DNA from: Myxococcota bacterium
GTDB taxonomy: Bacteria > Myxococcota_A > UBA9160 > SMWR01
DNA: 64,000 nt
NCBI GenBank assembly: GCA_030749415.1
Contig: JASMKC010000063.1
Span: 39,573-103,572, forward strand
Direction: 5' to 3'
In this document: piece after piece, positions 7,870 through 17,595 of the stretch
How positions within the stretch are numbered: position 1 is the first letter of the stretch
Layout: each line of letters starts with the position of its first letter
Position numbers and translations under genes: made by a program
Notes under the pieces: generated by a model
Seen by the model: the letters and a program-made list of their open reading frames with translations, nothing else
What the model was told of the DNA's origin: nothing
Databases searched by the model: none

Positions 7870-9846
7870 ATGATCCAGGTGCAACTGCCCGACGGCAGCT
7901 CACGCGAGCTGGACGAAAACGCCAGCGCCGCCGACCTCGCCGCCCAGATCGGACCCGGCCTCGCCAAGGCGGCCGTCGCCGCGGTCGTCAGCGGTGAGGT
8001 CCGCGACCTCTCGCAGCCGCTCGAAGACGGCGCGCAGGTGCGGCTGCTGACCAAGCGCGACTCCGAGGCCCTCGAAGTGCTGCGCCACTCCGCAGCGCAC
8101 CTGATGGCGGACGCGATCCTGCGCGTCTTCCCCCAGGCCCAGCTCGCCATCGGACCGGTAGTCGAGGACGGCTTCTACTACGACATCTATATGCCCGAGG
8201 GAACGATCACGCCCGAGGACTTCCCAAAGCTCGAAGCCGAGATGAAATGCGTCGCGAAGGAGGCACACGCCTTCGAACGCTGCGCCGTACACGACAAGGA
8301 CGCGGACGAGGCATTCGTGCGCTACCGCGCCATCGACGGCGGCGACAACCCTTTCAAGAGGGAACTCGTCGGCGAGATCGAAGCGCGGGGTGAAGACATC
8401 ACACTCTACCGCCACGGTGACTTCGTCGACCTGTGCCGCGGGCCTCACGTTCCGAACACGGGCTGGCTCAAGCACGTGAAGCTCACCGCCGTTTCGGGCG
8501 CCTACTGGCGCGCCGACGCAGAGCGGGAGCAGCTCGTGCGTATCTACGGAACGGCCTTCTTCGGCAAGCAGGAGCTCGCCGAGCACCTGCGGCTGCTCGA
8601 GGAGGCCCGAAAGCGCGACCACCGGGTGCTCGGCGAGCAGCTCGACCTCTTCCACTTCGAGGAGGACGCGCCGGGCTTCCCCTTCTTCCACGCCAAGGGA
8701 GCGCTCGTCTTCAACCTGCTCGTCGACACCATGCGCGGACTCCTGCGCCGCCGCGGCTACCACGAACTCAAGACACCGCTCGTGCTCTCGGAAAAGCTCT
8801 GGCACGTCTCGGGGCACTACGACCACTACATGGAGAACATGTTCTTCACGAAGCTCAAGCTTCGCGACCCGGAGAATTCCGAGACGATCCACGACAACGT
8901 CGAAGAGCAACGTCCCATGGCCGTGAAGCCGATGAACTGTCCGGGGCACGTGCTGGTCTACAGGCACCGGAACCACAGCCACAACGAATTCCCCCTGCGT
9001 TACTCGGAAATGGGGCTGGTGCACCGCCGGGAACTCTCGGGCGTGCGACACGGCCTGTTCCGCGTCCAGGCCTTCACCCAGGACGACGCCCACCACTTCT
9101 GCACGCCCGAGCAGCTGGGTGATGAGATCGGCATGTTGATCGACTTCTTCAAAGAGGTCTACGGCCTCTTCGGCCTCGAAGACGTGCGAATCGAGTTGTC
9201 GACGCGGCCCGAGAAGAGCATCGGCAGCAAAGAGATCTGGGAGCGAGCAGAGACCGCGCTGCGCGAGGCCCTGGACGCCGACGGAATCGAATACCAGGTG
9301 AACGAGGGAGACGGCGCCTTCTACGGACCGAAGATCGACTTTCACATCCGCGACGTGCTGAAGCGCTCCTGGCAGTGCGGCACGATCCAGCTGGATTTCT
9401 CGATGCCCGATCGGTTCGGCTGCACCTACGTCGGTGCAGACGGACAAAAGCACACGCCGGTCATGATCCACCGCGCTTGCTACGGGAGCGTCGAGCGCTT
9501 CCTCGGCATCCTGATCGAGCACTACGGCGGCCGCTTCCCCACCTGGCTCGCTCCGGTTCAGGTGCTCGTGATCCCAGTGTCGGCAAAGTTCGTAGACTAC
9601 GCGCGCAGTGTCCACGAAAAGCTCCTCGATGCCGGCCTGCGCGCCGACGTGAACCTCAAGGACGATCGCGTCGGCTACAAGATTCGCGAATCGAGCCTCC
9701 AGAAGATCCCGTACGTGATCGTCGTCGGAGAGCGCGAAATGGAGCGCGCAACTGTGAGCCCACGCAGCCACGACGGCGGTGAACTCGACGAAATGACGCT
9801 CGACGGATTCCTCGCCCTGCTCGCAGAAGAGACCACCCGGGCCTGA
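7870..9846 (+). CDS. thrS: threonine--tRNA ligase
   Basis: 658 aa. It has an N-terminal TGS-like segment (MIQVQLPDGSSREL), the editing-domain sequence HSAAHLMADAI and class II core motifs. AAGGAG sits 7 nt upstream of the ATG. Confidence 0.97.
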   Translation: MIQVQLPDGSSRELDENASAADLAAQIGPGLAKAAVAAVVSGEVRDLSQPLEDGAQVRLLTKRDSEALEVLRHSAAHLMADAILRVFPQAQLAIGPVVEDGFYYDIYMPEGTITPEDFPKLEAEMKCVAKEAHAFERCAVHDKDADEAFVRYRAIDGGDNPFKRELVGEIEARGEDITLYRHGDFVDLCRGPHVPNTGWLKHVKLTAVSGAYWRADAEREQLVRIYGTAFFGKQELAEHLRLLEEARKRDHRVLGEQLDLFHFEEDAPGFPFFHAKGALVFNLLVDTMRGLLRRRGYHELKTPLVLSEKLWHVSGHYDHYMENMFFTKLKLRDPENSETIHDNVEEQRPMAVKPMNCPGHVLVYRHRNHSHNEFPLRYSEMGLVHRRELSGVRHGLFRVQAFTQDDAHHFCTPEQLGDEIGMLIDFFKEVYGLFGLEDVRIELSTRPEKSIGSKEIWERAETALREALDADGIEYQVNEGDGAFYGPKIDFHIRDVLKRSWQCGTIQLDFSMPDRFGCTYVGADGQKHTPVMIHRACYGSVERFLGILIEHYGGRFPTWLAPVQVLVIPVSAKFVDYARSVHEKLLDAGLRADVNLKDDRVGYKIRESSLQKIPYVIVVGEREMERATVSPRSHDGGELDEMTLDGFLALLAEETTRA

Positions 9847-9924
9847 TCCCCGGTGAGGCGCGAGGGCTCCTTCGACGCAGAGGCGCTACCCTGCGCGACC
9901 AAACGCCGGCTGCCGGAGATCGCC

Positions 9925-10443
9925 TTGAAGCACGCAATCGCCTCGTGCACTGTCATCCTTCTGCTCTCGTTCGCCGGCGGGGCACCGGCACGAACTGCCG
10001 AAGACGCGACCGGCTCGTACGTCGCAAAGCCCTTCGATGCCCGCGGCATCACGCTGCTGACCTGTCGCTACAAGACCTCCGATGCACCGCACAACGAGGC
10101 CAAGAACGACGACCATCCGTATCGCCACAAGGACATCTGGATCGACAGACAGACGCTGACCGCGCTCTACTCCTTCGCGTACGACCGAAAGGGAGAACTC
10201 CGGAAGAGCATCTGGCACAACAAACGCAGGAGTGAAGACGAAAGGCTGACAGGCCCCTGGTACCCGGGCTGGGAGGGGGTCGAGAAAGCGCGAGACCTCA
10301 GCATCGTCAGCGACATGATCGTAAACGTTCAGACCGGCACCGGAAATTACATCGAGTCCTGGAACCGGCTCGGAACGCCCTTCAAGAGCCGGGGCAAGAT
10401 CCGCCGCTTCATCGACGTGGACCGGCTCACCAAGGGTCTCTGA
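9925..10443 (+). CDS. secreted DUF1329-like (LolA-fold) protein, short form
   Basis: In frame with the 9853 ORF. A TTG at 9925 gives the signal peptide KHAIASCTVILLLSFAGGAPA. The C-terminal part (IWIDRQTLTALYSFAYDRKGELRKSIW) resembles the C-terminal half of DUF1329 proteins. The start codon is uncertain (9853 or 9925). Confidence 0.4.
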   Translation: MKHAIASCTVILLLSFAGGAPARTAEDATGSYVAKPFDARGITLLTCRYKTSDAPHNEAKNDDHPYRHKDIWIDRQTLTALYSFAYDRKGELRKSIWHNKRRSEDERLTGPWYPGWEGVEKARDLSIVSDMIVNVQTGTGNYIESWNRLGTPFKSRGKIRRFIDVDRLTKGL

Positions 10444-10502
10444 CCTCGCGCGCCGCAACACTCCTCTCGAGCCAGCGGCCGGAAATCCGCTGGGCCCGCG
10501 CA

Positions 10503-12527
10503 GTGACGCTCGCCGTTCTCGTTGGCGTGGTGGCAGGGCTCGCCGCGTTCGCGCTGGCGTGGGGCCTCCACCAGGGCTCGCAGCTCCTGGTGGGCCGCGT
10601 GTCGGACCTGGGCGGGTCTGAGACGCTGCGCTTTTCGTGGGCGCTGCTCCTGCTGCCGGCGGCGGGCGCCGTTTTCGCGGGGCTCACGGTGCGCCTATTC
10701 GTCGGCCGGGTCGGCGGCCAGGGCACCGATGCAATGGTGCACGCCTTCCACCAGAAGGACGGTCGGCTCGGTCTCCGCGGTGCCAGCGTGAAGGCCGCTG
10801 CGTCGATCGGAACGATCGCGAGCGGCGGTTCGGCCGGACCCGAGGGCCCCTCCGCCGCGCTCGGCGCCGCCGTCGGCTCGAGCCTGGGCGGCCTCGTCGG
10901 AATCACGCCCCGGGAGCGGCGGGTGCTGCTCATCGCCGGGTGCGCCGCCGCCGTCGGCGCGATTTTCGGCTGCCCGCTCGGAGGAGCGCTCTTCGCTTCG
11001 AGCGTGCTGTACCGGCGTCCGGAGTTCGAGGGCTCGTCGCTGGTCTCGGCCTTCGTGGCTTCTGCCGTCGGCTACACGACCTTCTCGCAGATCTCCGGTC
11101 GCGCGGCCCGGGTGCTGCACCACGCGGACGGACTCGAGTTCGGCGGGGCGGAGGAGCTGCCGCTCTACGTCGTTCTCGGTGTCGCCTGCGGGCTCATGGC
11201 GATCTTCTTCTCCCTGTGTCTGCGCGGAGGCGAGCAGTTCTTCTCACGACTGCGCTTCGTTCCGAGCGGGCTGCGCCCGGGACTCGGCGGCCTAGCCACC
11301 GGCGCCATCGCGTGCCTGCTTCCCCAGGTGATGGACGGCGAGTACCGGGTGGTGCAGGGTACCTTCGACGGCAGCTTCTTCGGCGCGGCCGGAGCACCGG
11401 CCGACTGGCTTCCATGGGCGGGCCTGCTGCTGCTCGTGGCGATCGCCAAGTGCGTGGCGACGGGCAGCACGCTCGGAAGCGGCGCACCGGGCGGCGTCCT
11501 GGGCCCGAGCCTCGTGATTGGCGGTTACGTCGGAGCCGCCGTCGGCGCGGCAATCTCCGCCGTGGCCCCCGGAACCGTGGAAGAGCCGCTGCGCCAGGCG
11601 CTGATCCCAGTCGGCATGGCCGGCGTGTTCGCGGCAGCGATGCGGACACCCATCGCCGCCATGGCGATGGTGATGGAGATGACGGACAGCTTTGGCCTGA
11701 TCGTGCCACTCATGCTCACCACGATGACAGCCTACGGAGTGGGGACACGCTTCGGACTCATCGACGCCCAGACCCGGTCCTCGGCGGACTCGCCGGCCCA
11801 TGCTGGTGACGCGCTCGTCTCGCTGCTCGAACGCCACCAGGTCGCCGACGTGATGGACCGGCGCTGGCCCACCGAAGCGCGCCCGACCACGCCGCTCGGT
11901 GCCGTGCTCCGCTCGCTCGACACCGGCGCGCAGCCGACCGTTCCCGTGCTCGACGCGGACCGCCTCATCGGTGTGATCTCGATCGACGAACTCCAACACG
12001 CCCTCGAAGAGCCCGAAGTTCCGAGCATCGTCCTCTCCGTCGACGTGGCCGTCCCGCCCAAGGCGCTCCTCGAGCCCCGCGACTCGCTCTACGAGGCCGT
12101 CCACCTCTTCCAGGCCCACGGCGCGGAGGCACTCCCCGTGGTCAGCCGCCGTCCGGACGGGCGCTACCTGGGAATGCTGAGCCGAACGGCCGTGTTCAAG
12201 AGGCTGCAGCAGAGCATGGAGGCACTGCGGAGCGGTTTTGCCCGGGAGCACGCCGCGCTCGTCTCGTCGAGTGAAGTAGTCCACCTCGTCGGCGCTCTCT
12301 CCGCGGCCGACACCCGGGGTGTGGATCGCATTGCCGTCCGCCACGAGCAGATCGGCCGCTCCCTGCGCGAACTCGATTTCCGCCGGCAACAGGGCGCGGA
12401 GGTCCTCGCTGTGCAGACGGCAACGGGCGCCGTCTTCCATCCGCCGGACCCCGAGCGTCCGCTCGCGGCCGGCGACGTATTACTCGTCGTCCACGCAGAC
12501 GCGGCTTGCACTCCGCCCGTCGCCTGA
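10503..12527 (+). CDS. ClC-family chloride channel/antiporter with C-terminal CBS pair and TrkA-C-like domain
   Basis: 674 aa. It carries the ClC selectivity motifs GSAGPEGP and GSGAPGGVLGPSL, many TM segments, a CBS-like region and a TrkA-C-like tail (GRSLRELDFRRQQGAEVLAV...GDVLLVV). GTG start. Confidence 0.85.
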   Translation: MTLAVLVGVVAGLAAFALAWGLHQGSQLLVGRVSDLGGSETLRFSWALLLLPAAGAVFAGLTVRLFVGRVGGQGTDAMVHAFHQKDGRLGLRGASVKAAASIGTIASGGSAGPEGPSAALGAAVGSSLGGLVGITPRERRVLLIAGCAAAVGAIFGCPLGGALFASSVLYRRPEFEGSSLVSAFVASAVGYTTFSQISGRAARVLHHADGLEFGGAEELPLYVVLGVACGLMAIFFSLCLRGGEQFFSRLRFVPSGLRPGLGGLATGAIACLLPQVMDGEYRVVQGTFDGSFFGAAGAPADWLPWAGLLLLVAIAKCVATGSTLGSGAPGGVLGPSLVIGGYVGAAVGAAISAVAPGTVEEPLRQALIPVGMAGVFAAAMRTPIAAMAMVMEMTDSFGLIVPLMLTTMTAYGVGTRFGLIDAQTRSSADSPAHAGDALVSLLERHQVADVMDRRWPTEARPTTPLGAVLRSLDTGAQPTVPVLDADRLIGVISIDELQHALEEPEVPSIVLSVDVAVPPKALLEPRDSLYEAVHLFQAHGAEALPVVSRRPDGRYLGMLSRTAVFKRLQQSMEALRSGFAREHAALVSSSEVVHLVGALSAADTRGVDRIAVRHEQIGRSLRELDFRRQQGAEVLAVQTATGAVFHPPDPERPLAAGDVLLVVHADAACTPPVA

Positions 12528-12547
12528 ACGACACTCGAGCAAGCAAG

Positions 12548-14152
12548 ATGGGCGAAGACACCGTCGACGTACTCATCATCGGCGCCGGAGCAGCGGGTGC
12601 CGCGCTCGCGTGGAGCCTCGCCGAGACGCGGATGCGGATCGTCTGCCTCGAACAGGGCGACTGGATGAACCCGGAGGATTATCCGACGACCCGCGACGAC
12701 TGGGAGATGGAGCGGTTTGGCGCCTTCGGCTTGAGTCCGAACGGGCGCGGGCGGCGAGAGGACTATCCGATCAACGACGACGAATCGCCGATCAAGATCT
12801 CGAACTTCAACGCCGTCGGCGGGAGCACCATTCTCTATGCGGCGCACTTTCCGCGTATGCACCCCTCCGACTTCAGGGTCCGGAGTCTCGACGGCGTCGC
12901 CGACGACTGGCCCATCGACTACGCGGCGCTCGAGCCCTGGTACGACCTGAACGCACAGATGATGGGCGTGGCCGGACTCGCCGGAGACCCGGCCTACCCG
13001 CCCAAGGAGCCGACGCTCCCCCCGGTTCCGCTCGGCAGGCTCGGCGAAACCCTGGCACACGGCCTCAACCGTCTCGGCTGGCACTGGTGGCCGTCGGACA
13101 GCGCCATCGCAACCGAGGAGCATGCGGGGCGCGCCCCCTGCATCAACCTGGGCCCCTGCATCATGGGCTGCCCCCAAGGTGCAAAGGGAAGCACCGACGT
13201 CACGTACTGGCCCGCGGCGATCCGGGCCGGCGTCGAGCTTCGAACACGCTGCCGCGTGCGCGAAGTCACGGTGGGGCCCGACGGCCTGGCCAGCGGTGCC
13301 GTCTACATCGACGCCGACGGCCGGGAACGGCACCAGAAGGCCGAAATCGTGGTGCTCGCCTGCAACGGCGTGGGCACGCCTCGATTGCTGCTCAACTCGC
13401 GTTCGAAGCAGTTTCCCGACGGGCTGGCCAACTCGAGTGGCCTGGTCGGCCGCAACCTCATGTTCCATCCCTACGCGCTCGTCACCGGGATCTTCGAGGA
13501 GCCGCTCGAGGGCTACAAGGGACCGACCGGCTGCTCGATCATCTGCCAGGAGTTCTACGAGACCGACACGTCCCGTGGCTTCGTACGCGGCTATTCCTTC
13601 GAGATGCTGCGCGGCATGGGACCCATCTCTACGGCGCTGTGGGGCATGTCGAGCGGCCGGCTGCCCTGGGGCGCCGGGCACCACGCGGCCTTCGCCGATA
13701 TCTGGGACCGCACGGCCGGCATGGTGGTGATCTGTGAGGATCTCCCCGAGGAGTGCAACCGGGTGACCCTCGATCCGGAGCTCGTCGACTCCGATGGCAT
13801 CCCCGCTCCGAAGGTCACCTATCGCCTCAGCGAAAACAGCCGGCGCATGCTCGACCACGCGGTCGCCCGAGGCACCGAGGTGCTCGAGGCAGCGGGCGCC
13901 AAGGAAACTCGCGCCGAGGCGCCGCTCCCTCCCGCCGGCTGGCACCTCATGGGCACCGCCCGCATGGGAACGGATGCAACCGCGTCGGTGGTGAACGACT
14001 GGGGGCGCTGCCACGACGTGAAGAACCTCTTCATCGTCGACGGCAGCGTCTTCGTCACCGCCGGCGGCGTGAACCCGACCAACACGATCCAGGCGCTGGC
14101 GCTCTACACCGCCGACCAGATCAAGCGCAACCTCTCGAATCTCTTCGACTGA
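12548..14152 (+). CDS. GMC-family FAD-dependent oxidoreductase
   Basis: The ATG at 12548 gives MGEDTVDVLIIGAGAAGAALA (a GxGxxG FAD-binding motif). The C-terminus (HLMGTARMG...NLFIVDGSVF) is typical of the GMC family. Confidence 0.85.
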   Translation: MGEDTVDVLIIGAGAAGAALAWSLAETRMRIVCLEQGDWMNPEDYPTTRDDWEMERFGAFGLSPNGRGRREDYPINDDESPIKISNFNAVGGSTILYAAHFPRMHPSDFRVRSLDGVADDWPIDYAALEPWYDLNAQMMGVAGLAGDPAYPPKEPTLPPVPLGRLGETLAHGLNRLGWHWWPSDSAIATEEHAGRAPCINLGPCIMGCPQGAKGSTDVTYWPAAIRAGVELRTRCRVREVTVGPDGLASGAVYIDADGRERHQKAEIVVLACNGVGTPRLLLNSRSKQFPDGLANSSGLVGRNLMFHPYALVTGIFEEPLEGYKGPTGCSIICQEFYETDTSRGFVRGYSFEMLRGMGPISTALWGMSSGRLPWGAGHHAAFADIWDRTAGMVVICEDLPEECNRVTLDPELVDSDGIPAPKVTYRLSENSRRMLDHAVARGTEVLEAAGAKETRAEAPLPPAGWHLMGTARMGTDATASVVNDWGRCHDVKNLFIVDGSVFVTAGGVNPTNTIQALALYTADQIKRNLSNLFD

Positions 14153-14162
14153 GAGAACCGAT

Positions 14163-14600
14163 GTGAACCGGACCACCCTCGACTGCGTTCTCGACGAGAT
14201 CCTCCCCGCCCGCGAAGACCCCGCGCTGCCCGGAGCCGGCGCCCTGGGCATCGGGAGCTACGTCATCGACAAGCTCGGCGACGCACGGCCGCTGATCGCG
14301 ACGGGCCTCGAGACGCTCGACCAGCTCGCCGTCGACCGCGGGGCGCCGGACTTCGCCTCGGCGCCTGCCGACCTACGCGTCGCGCTGCTAAACGAAGTGG
14401 CCACCGGCCAGCCCGGCCTGCTCCAGAGCCTCGTCTTTCACGGCTACTGCGGCTACTACCGGGACCCGAGAGTCATCGAAGCGCTGGGGCTCGAGGCGCG
14501 GCCGCCGTACCCGGAGGGCTACCCGCTCGAGTCCGGCGACCTGAAGCTTCTCGACCCGGTCCGCGCGCGGCCCCGATTGTTTCGGGATCCCGGCGCCTGA
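14163..14600 (+). CDS. gluconate 2-dehydrogenase subunit 3-like small subunit
   Basis: 145 aa, starting 10 nt after the GMC gene. Its size and position match the small accessory subunits of membrane GMC dehydrogenases. The sequence resemblance is only moderate. Confidence 0.45.
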   Translation: MNRTTLDCVLDEILPAREDPALPGAGALGIGSYVIDKLGDARPLIATGLETLDQLAVDRGAPDFASAPADLRVALLNEVATGQPGLLQSLVFHGYCGYYRDPRVIEALGLEARPPYPEGYPLESGDLKLLDPVRARPRLFRDPGA

Positions 14601-14618
14601 AGGCGCCTGCAATCTGCG

Positions 14619-16520
14619 CTAGGGCCGGTGCCAGATCGGCGAGGTCCAGGCGCGCTCCCGGATCGTCGGACGGTGCTCCGCAGCACAGCAGGCCTCGTAA
14701 CCGGGCCCGATACCGGAAGGGTCGGAGCAGTCGACACCCGCTTCGACGCAGAGTTGCTGGCTCCAGCGACAGCTCGGGTTTTCCAGCACGCGAGCGTAGT
14801 AGAAGGCGTTCTCGCTGGCGTCGAAGTCCGGATCGATCCACACGGCGCATAGCTGCGCCGCACCCTTGCCCTTGCGCTCGCAGGTCGCCGTGTCGACGCT
14901 CGCACCGTTGTCGCCCCCGGCCACGTCGTAGACCTTCTCGCGCGCCTTGCCGCCCTCCACCCAGCCCTTCACGATCTGGATCCGCTGGAGCGGGGTTCCC
15001 GGAACGGCGCGCGTCCCCGGGTCTTGCGCCGCCCGCACGGCAAAGCGCGGTGCGCCATCGGCGGGCGCCTTCGGCAAGTCGCCGCCCATGGGCACACCCC
15101 CGGCATAGCCCCGCTCGACGAACGCGGGGTCCGCGCAGAGATCGTCCGCGTACTCCCAGCCCCCGAAGAAGCGCACGACCGGACGCGGGCCGCTGGTGCC
15201 GTAGACCTCGCGGCGCTGCATGGCCGCAAAGAGCGAATCCCGGCTGTTTTCTTCGGCCCAGAGCACGGCGAGGCCACCGGGGTTGAACTCGAGATCGTCC
15301 GGGAGACCCCGCAGCGTGCGCGAGCCCGCGCCGCCGTGGCCCTTGCCGTCGTCTTCCTGCACGAGGCCGGGGGTACCGAGGTGCGTGTCCGTGCTGGCGA
15401 TGAGCCCATACTTCAGCGGGTTCACGCCCAGCTTCTGCTCGAGTACGAGTCCCTTCTTGAGCGCGTCGCGCACCATGCCGCGAGCGTCGGGTGCCGGGGC
15501 ATTGGGTCGTTTCCACGCCCCGACGCCCTGAAAGGTGCTCGACGGAAGCTTCTCGAAGCCGCAGGCCTCGTCGGTGGTATCGCCGCCGAGCAGGCACTCG
15601 GAGTCGCCCTTGTGCTGCATGACCTCGGCGAGGGGCTCCCAGCGCTGGCGCAGGCGCGCCTCCTCGAGTGTGACCTCCGCACCAACGTCGGCGTTGCTCC
15701 GGAGCTTTGCCGTCTCGAACATCATGCCCGGACCGCTCAGATTCGAGTTGTGGGGAATGGTGAGAACATCGCAGCCGGGGATGCCGTCGACGCACTCCTT
15801 CTGGAGCTCTTCCCAGAGCCGGTACGCCGAGCCCATCTCGACCCAGCTCGGCGGCTGATCGGGAACCTTTGCGTTGCGGAAGATCACGTTGCGGTGCAGG
15901 TTGGCGTCGGTCGAGCCGGTGAATTCGTAGGCGACGAAGCTCGTGAAGGAACAGGCCGCGCTGCGGTCGTAGGCCACCTCGGCCGCGTCCTGGATCTCCT
16001 TCCACACCGCGGCGCTCTGCTGGAGGCACCGGGCGCCGTCCTTGCCACAAAAATGGAAGCGCTCGCGATCGACCATCGCGCGATTGGCCAGGGCGAGCAG
16101 CGCGGCGATGGGCTGCTGCTGGTAGACCCAGCAGAGATCGGATTCGCTCCCCGGCAGCCCGGGGTGGGTGCAGATGCGCACCTCTCCGAGCAGCTCCGCG
16201 TGGTCCGTGAGCGCCGTGAAGTCGAGCGGGCGGCGCAGCTGCGCACTGCGCGTGGCCTTGCCGTCGACGTCGTAGGGCTGGATGCCGTGGGCCTCACCCC
16301 TGGCGAAGCGGTACGCCTCGTCCGGCGTGATCCGCGTGTCCTGGGTGTTCGCATCGAACGAAAACGCCGTGTGGACGTGTGTGTCACCGAAGAAAGGGCG
16401 CTTGAACGGCTCGTAGGCCGAGCAGGCCGTGCGTTCCTCGGTGATCGGATAAGGCCGGGATTCGGCCACCGCTGTGGTGATGGGCCAGAGCAGCGCGACA
16501 GCGAGCCAGCGTGTGCGCAT
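14619..16520 (-). CDS. DUF3604 domain protein (PHP-like metal-dependent hydrolase fold), secreted
   Basis: 633 aa with a signal peptide (MRTRWLAVALLWPITTAVA) and FFGDTHVHTAFSFDAN, typical of DUF3604. Confidence 0.8.
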   Translation of the reverse strand: MRTRWLAVALLWPITTAVAESRPYPITEERTACSAYEPFKRPFFGDTHVHTAFSFDANTQDTRITPDEAYRFARGEAHGIQPYDVDGKATRSAQLRRPLDFTALTDHAELLGEVRICTHPGLPGSESDLCWVYQQQPIAALLALANRAMVDRERFHFCGKDGARCLQQSAAVWKEIQDAAEVAYDRSAACSFTSFVAYEFTGSTDANLHRNVIFRNAKVPDQPPSWVEMGSAYRLWEELQKECVDGIPGCDVLTIPHNSNLSGPGMMFETAKLRSNADVGAEVTLEEARLRQRWEPLAEVMQHKGDSECLLGGDTTDEACGFEKLPSSTFQGVGAWKRPNAPAPDARGMVRDALKKGLVLEQKLGVNPLKYGLIASTDTHLGTPGLVQEDDGKGHGGAGSRTLRGLPDDLEFNPGGLAVLWAEENSRDSLFAAMQRREVYGTSGPRPVVRFFGGWEYADDLCADPAFVERGYAGGVPMGGDLPKAPADGAPRFAVRAAQDPGTRAVPGTPLQRIQIVKGWVEGGKAREKVYDVAGGDNGASVDTATCERKGKGAAQLCAVWIDPDFDASENAFYYARVLENPSCRWSQQLCVEAGVDCSDPSGIGPGYEACCAAEHRPTIRERAWTSPIWHRP

Positions 16521-16521
16521 G

Positions 16522-17505
16522 TCAGGCTAGCGCCGAGAGTTTGTCGCCGGCGAAGAAGCGACGCGGGTTCTCGACGATCAGCGCATCGATCTGCTCGCCG
16601 CTGACGCCCGCCTCTTCGAGCTTCGGCACGATGCGCCGGCTGAAGTGCGTGGGGTTCCAGACCTCCGCCATCCCGGCCGCGACGGCGGGCGGGAAGGGCC
16701 GTCCGCGCCAACACCAGACCGAATCGTGGGAAACCACCACGCGGTCACCAGCACCGGCCCGAATCAGCTTCACCAGGGCATCGACCCGTTCGCTATCCGG
16801 GTGGACCACGTCGATACCGAAACGGTCGAAGCCCAGATAGGAGCCGCCCCGGGCGATCCCCAGGTGATACCCGTGGTCCGAGGTGCCACAGGAGTGACCA
16901 ATCACGATGCGGTGCGCGGGAACACCCCCCTCGACGAGCACCCGCTGCTGCAGGTCCCCCATGGTGCCTCGATCCGTATGCGTCGTGATCGGGGCGCCGG
17001 TTTCGACGGCGGCCTTCGCGGCCGCGTCGAAGATGCCGCGCTCGTAGTCGGTCATCGCTCCCGGACCGGTGGCAACCTTGATGATGCCGGCGCGGACGCC
17101 GGTGCTGCCCACGCCCTCGGTGAGCTCGCGGATGAAGAGTTCCGTCATGGCATCGACCGTCGAGCCGAAGTTGGCGCGGAAGTTCCAGTAGGGAACACCG
17201 CCCTCGGCCTCCTTGTAGAGCCCGGTCGCGCAGATGATCTGGAAGCCCGTCTTCTGGGCCACCTTCGCAATGAATTCCACGTCGCGCCCCAGGTCGTTGG
17301 GGCAGGGGTCGAGCATCGAGGTGAACCCCAGATCCTTCATCTCCTCGATCTGGTCGACGCAGATCGAGAAGCACTCCTCGGTGCTTCCCCCAGAATTGAT
17401 GGTGTCGGACTCCCAGCCGGGATAGCCGATCAACAGGTGTTCGTGCATGAGCGTGCGGCCGAGATCGTTCGGGGCGATCTCTCCGGTCACGGTCTGGATG
17501 TTCAT
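16522..17505 (-). CDS. phosphotriesterase-family (amidohydrolase superfamily) protein
   Basis: 327 aa. GRTLMHEHLLIGYPG carries the HxH metal motif and the overall pattern is PTE-like. GGAGGA lies upstream of the ATG. Its stop is 1 nt from the DUF3604 ATG (TGAcATG). Confidence 0.85.
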   Translation of the reverse strand: MNIQTVTGEIAPNDLGRTLMHEHLLIGYPGWESDTINSGGSTEECFSICVDQIEEMKDLGFTSMLDPCPNDLGRDVEFIAKVAQKTGFQIICATGLYKEAEGGVPYWNFRANFGSTVDAMTELFIRELTEGVGSTGVRAGIIKVATGPGAMTDYERGIFDAAAKAAVETGAPITTHTDRGTMGDLQQRVLVEGGVPAHRIVIGHSCGTSDHGYHLGIARGGSYLGFDRFGIDVVHPDSERVDALVKLIRAGAGDRVVVSHDSVWCWRGRPFPPAVAAGMAEVWNPTHFSRRIVPKLEEAGVSGEQIDALIVENPRRFFAGDKLSALA

Positions 17506-17595
17506 CTGGGCGTCCTCCCGCGCCCATCCTAAACGAAGCGGGAGGCGAGAGGGGACCGGGCAGATCGGCAGCTCGGGCCGGGGTGCCGCCGCGTT

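Noticed and set aside
7900-9771. 623-aa ORF antisense to thrS. There are similar very long antisense or shadow ORFs elsewhere (12164..14251, 23439..26285, 38409..40457, 46553..48880, 56622..58691, 15024..16604).
   Set aside because: Each overlaps a gene with unmistakable family motifs on the other strand. Their translations are Arg/Pro/Gly/Ala-rich low-complexity strings, as expected from stop-codon depletion in GC-rich DNA.
14583-14595. 13-nt match (CGGGATCCCGGCG) to the tetR-proximal palindrome
   Set aside because: It lies inside the 3' end of a coding region and only one half-site is complete. This is plausibly chance in GC-rich sequence. It also overlaps a small GGCGCC-tgaa-GGCGCC hairpin (14592-14607) between convergent genes.
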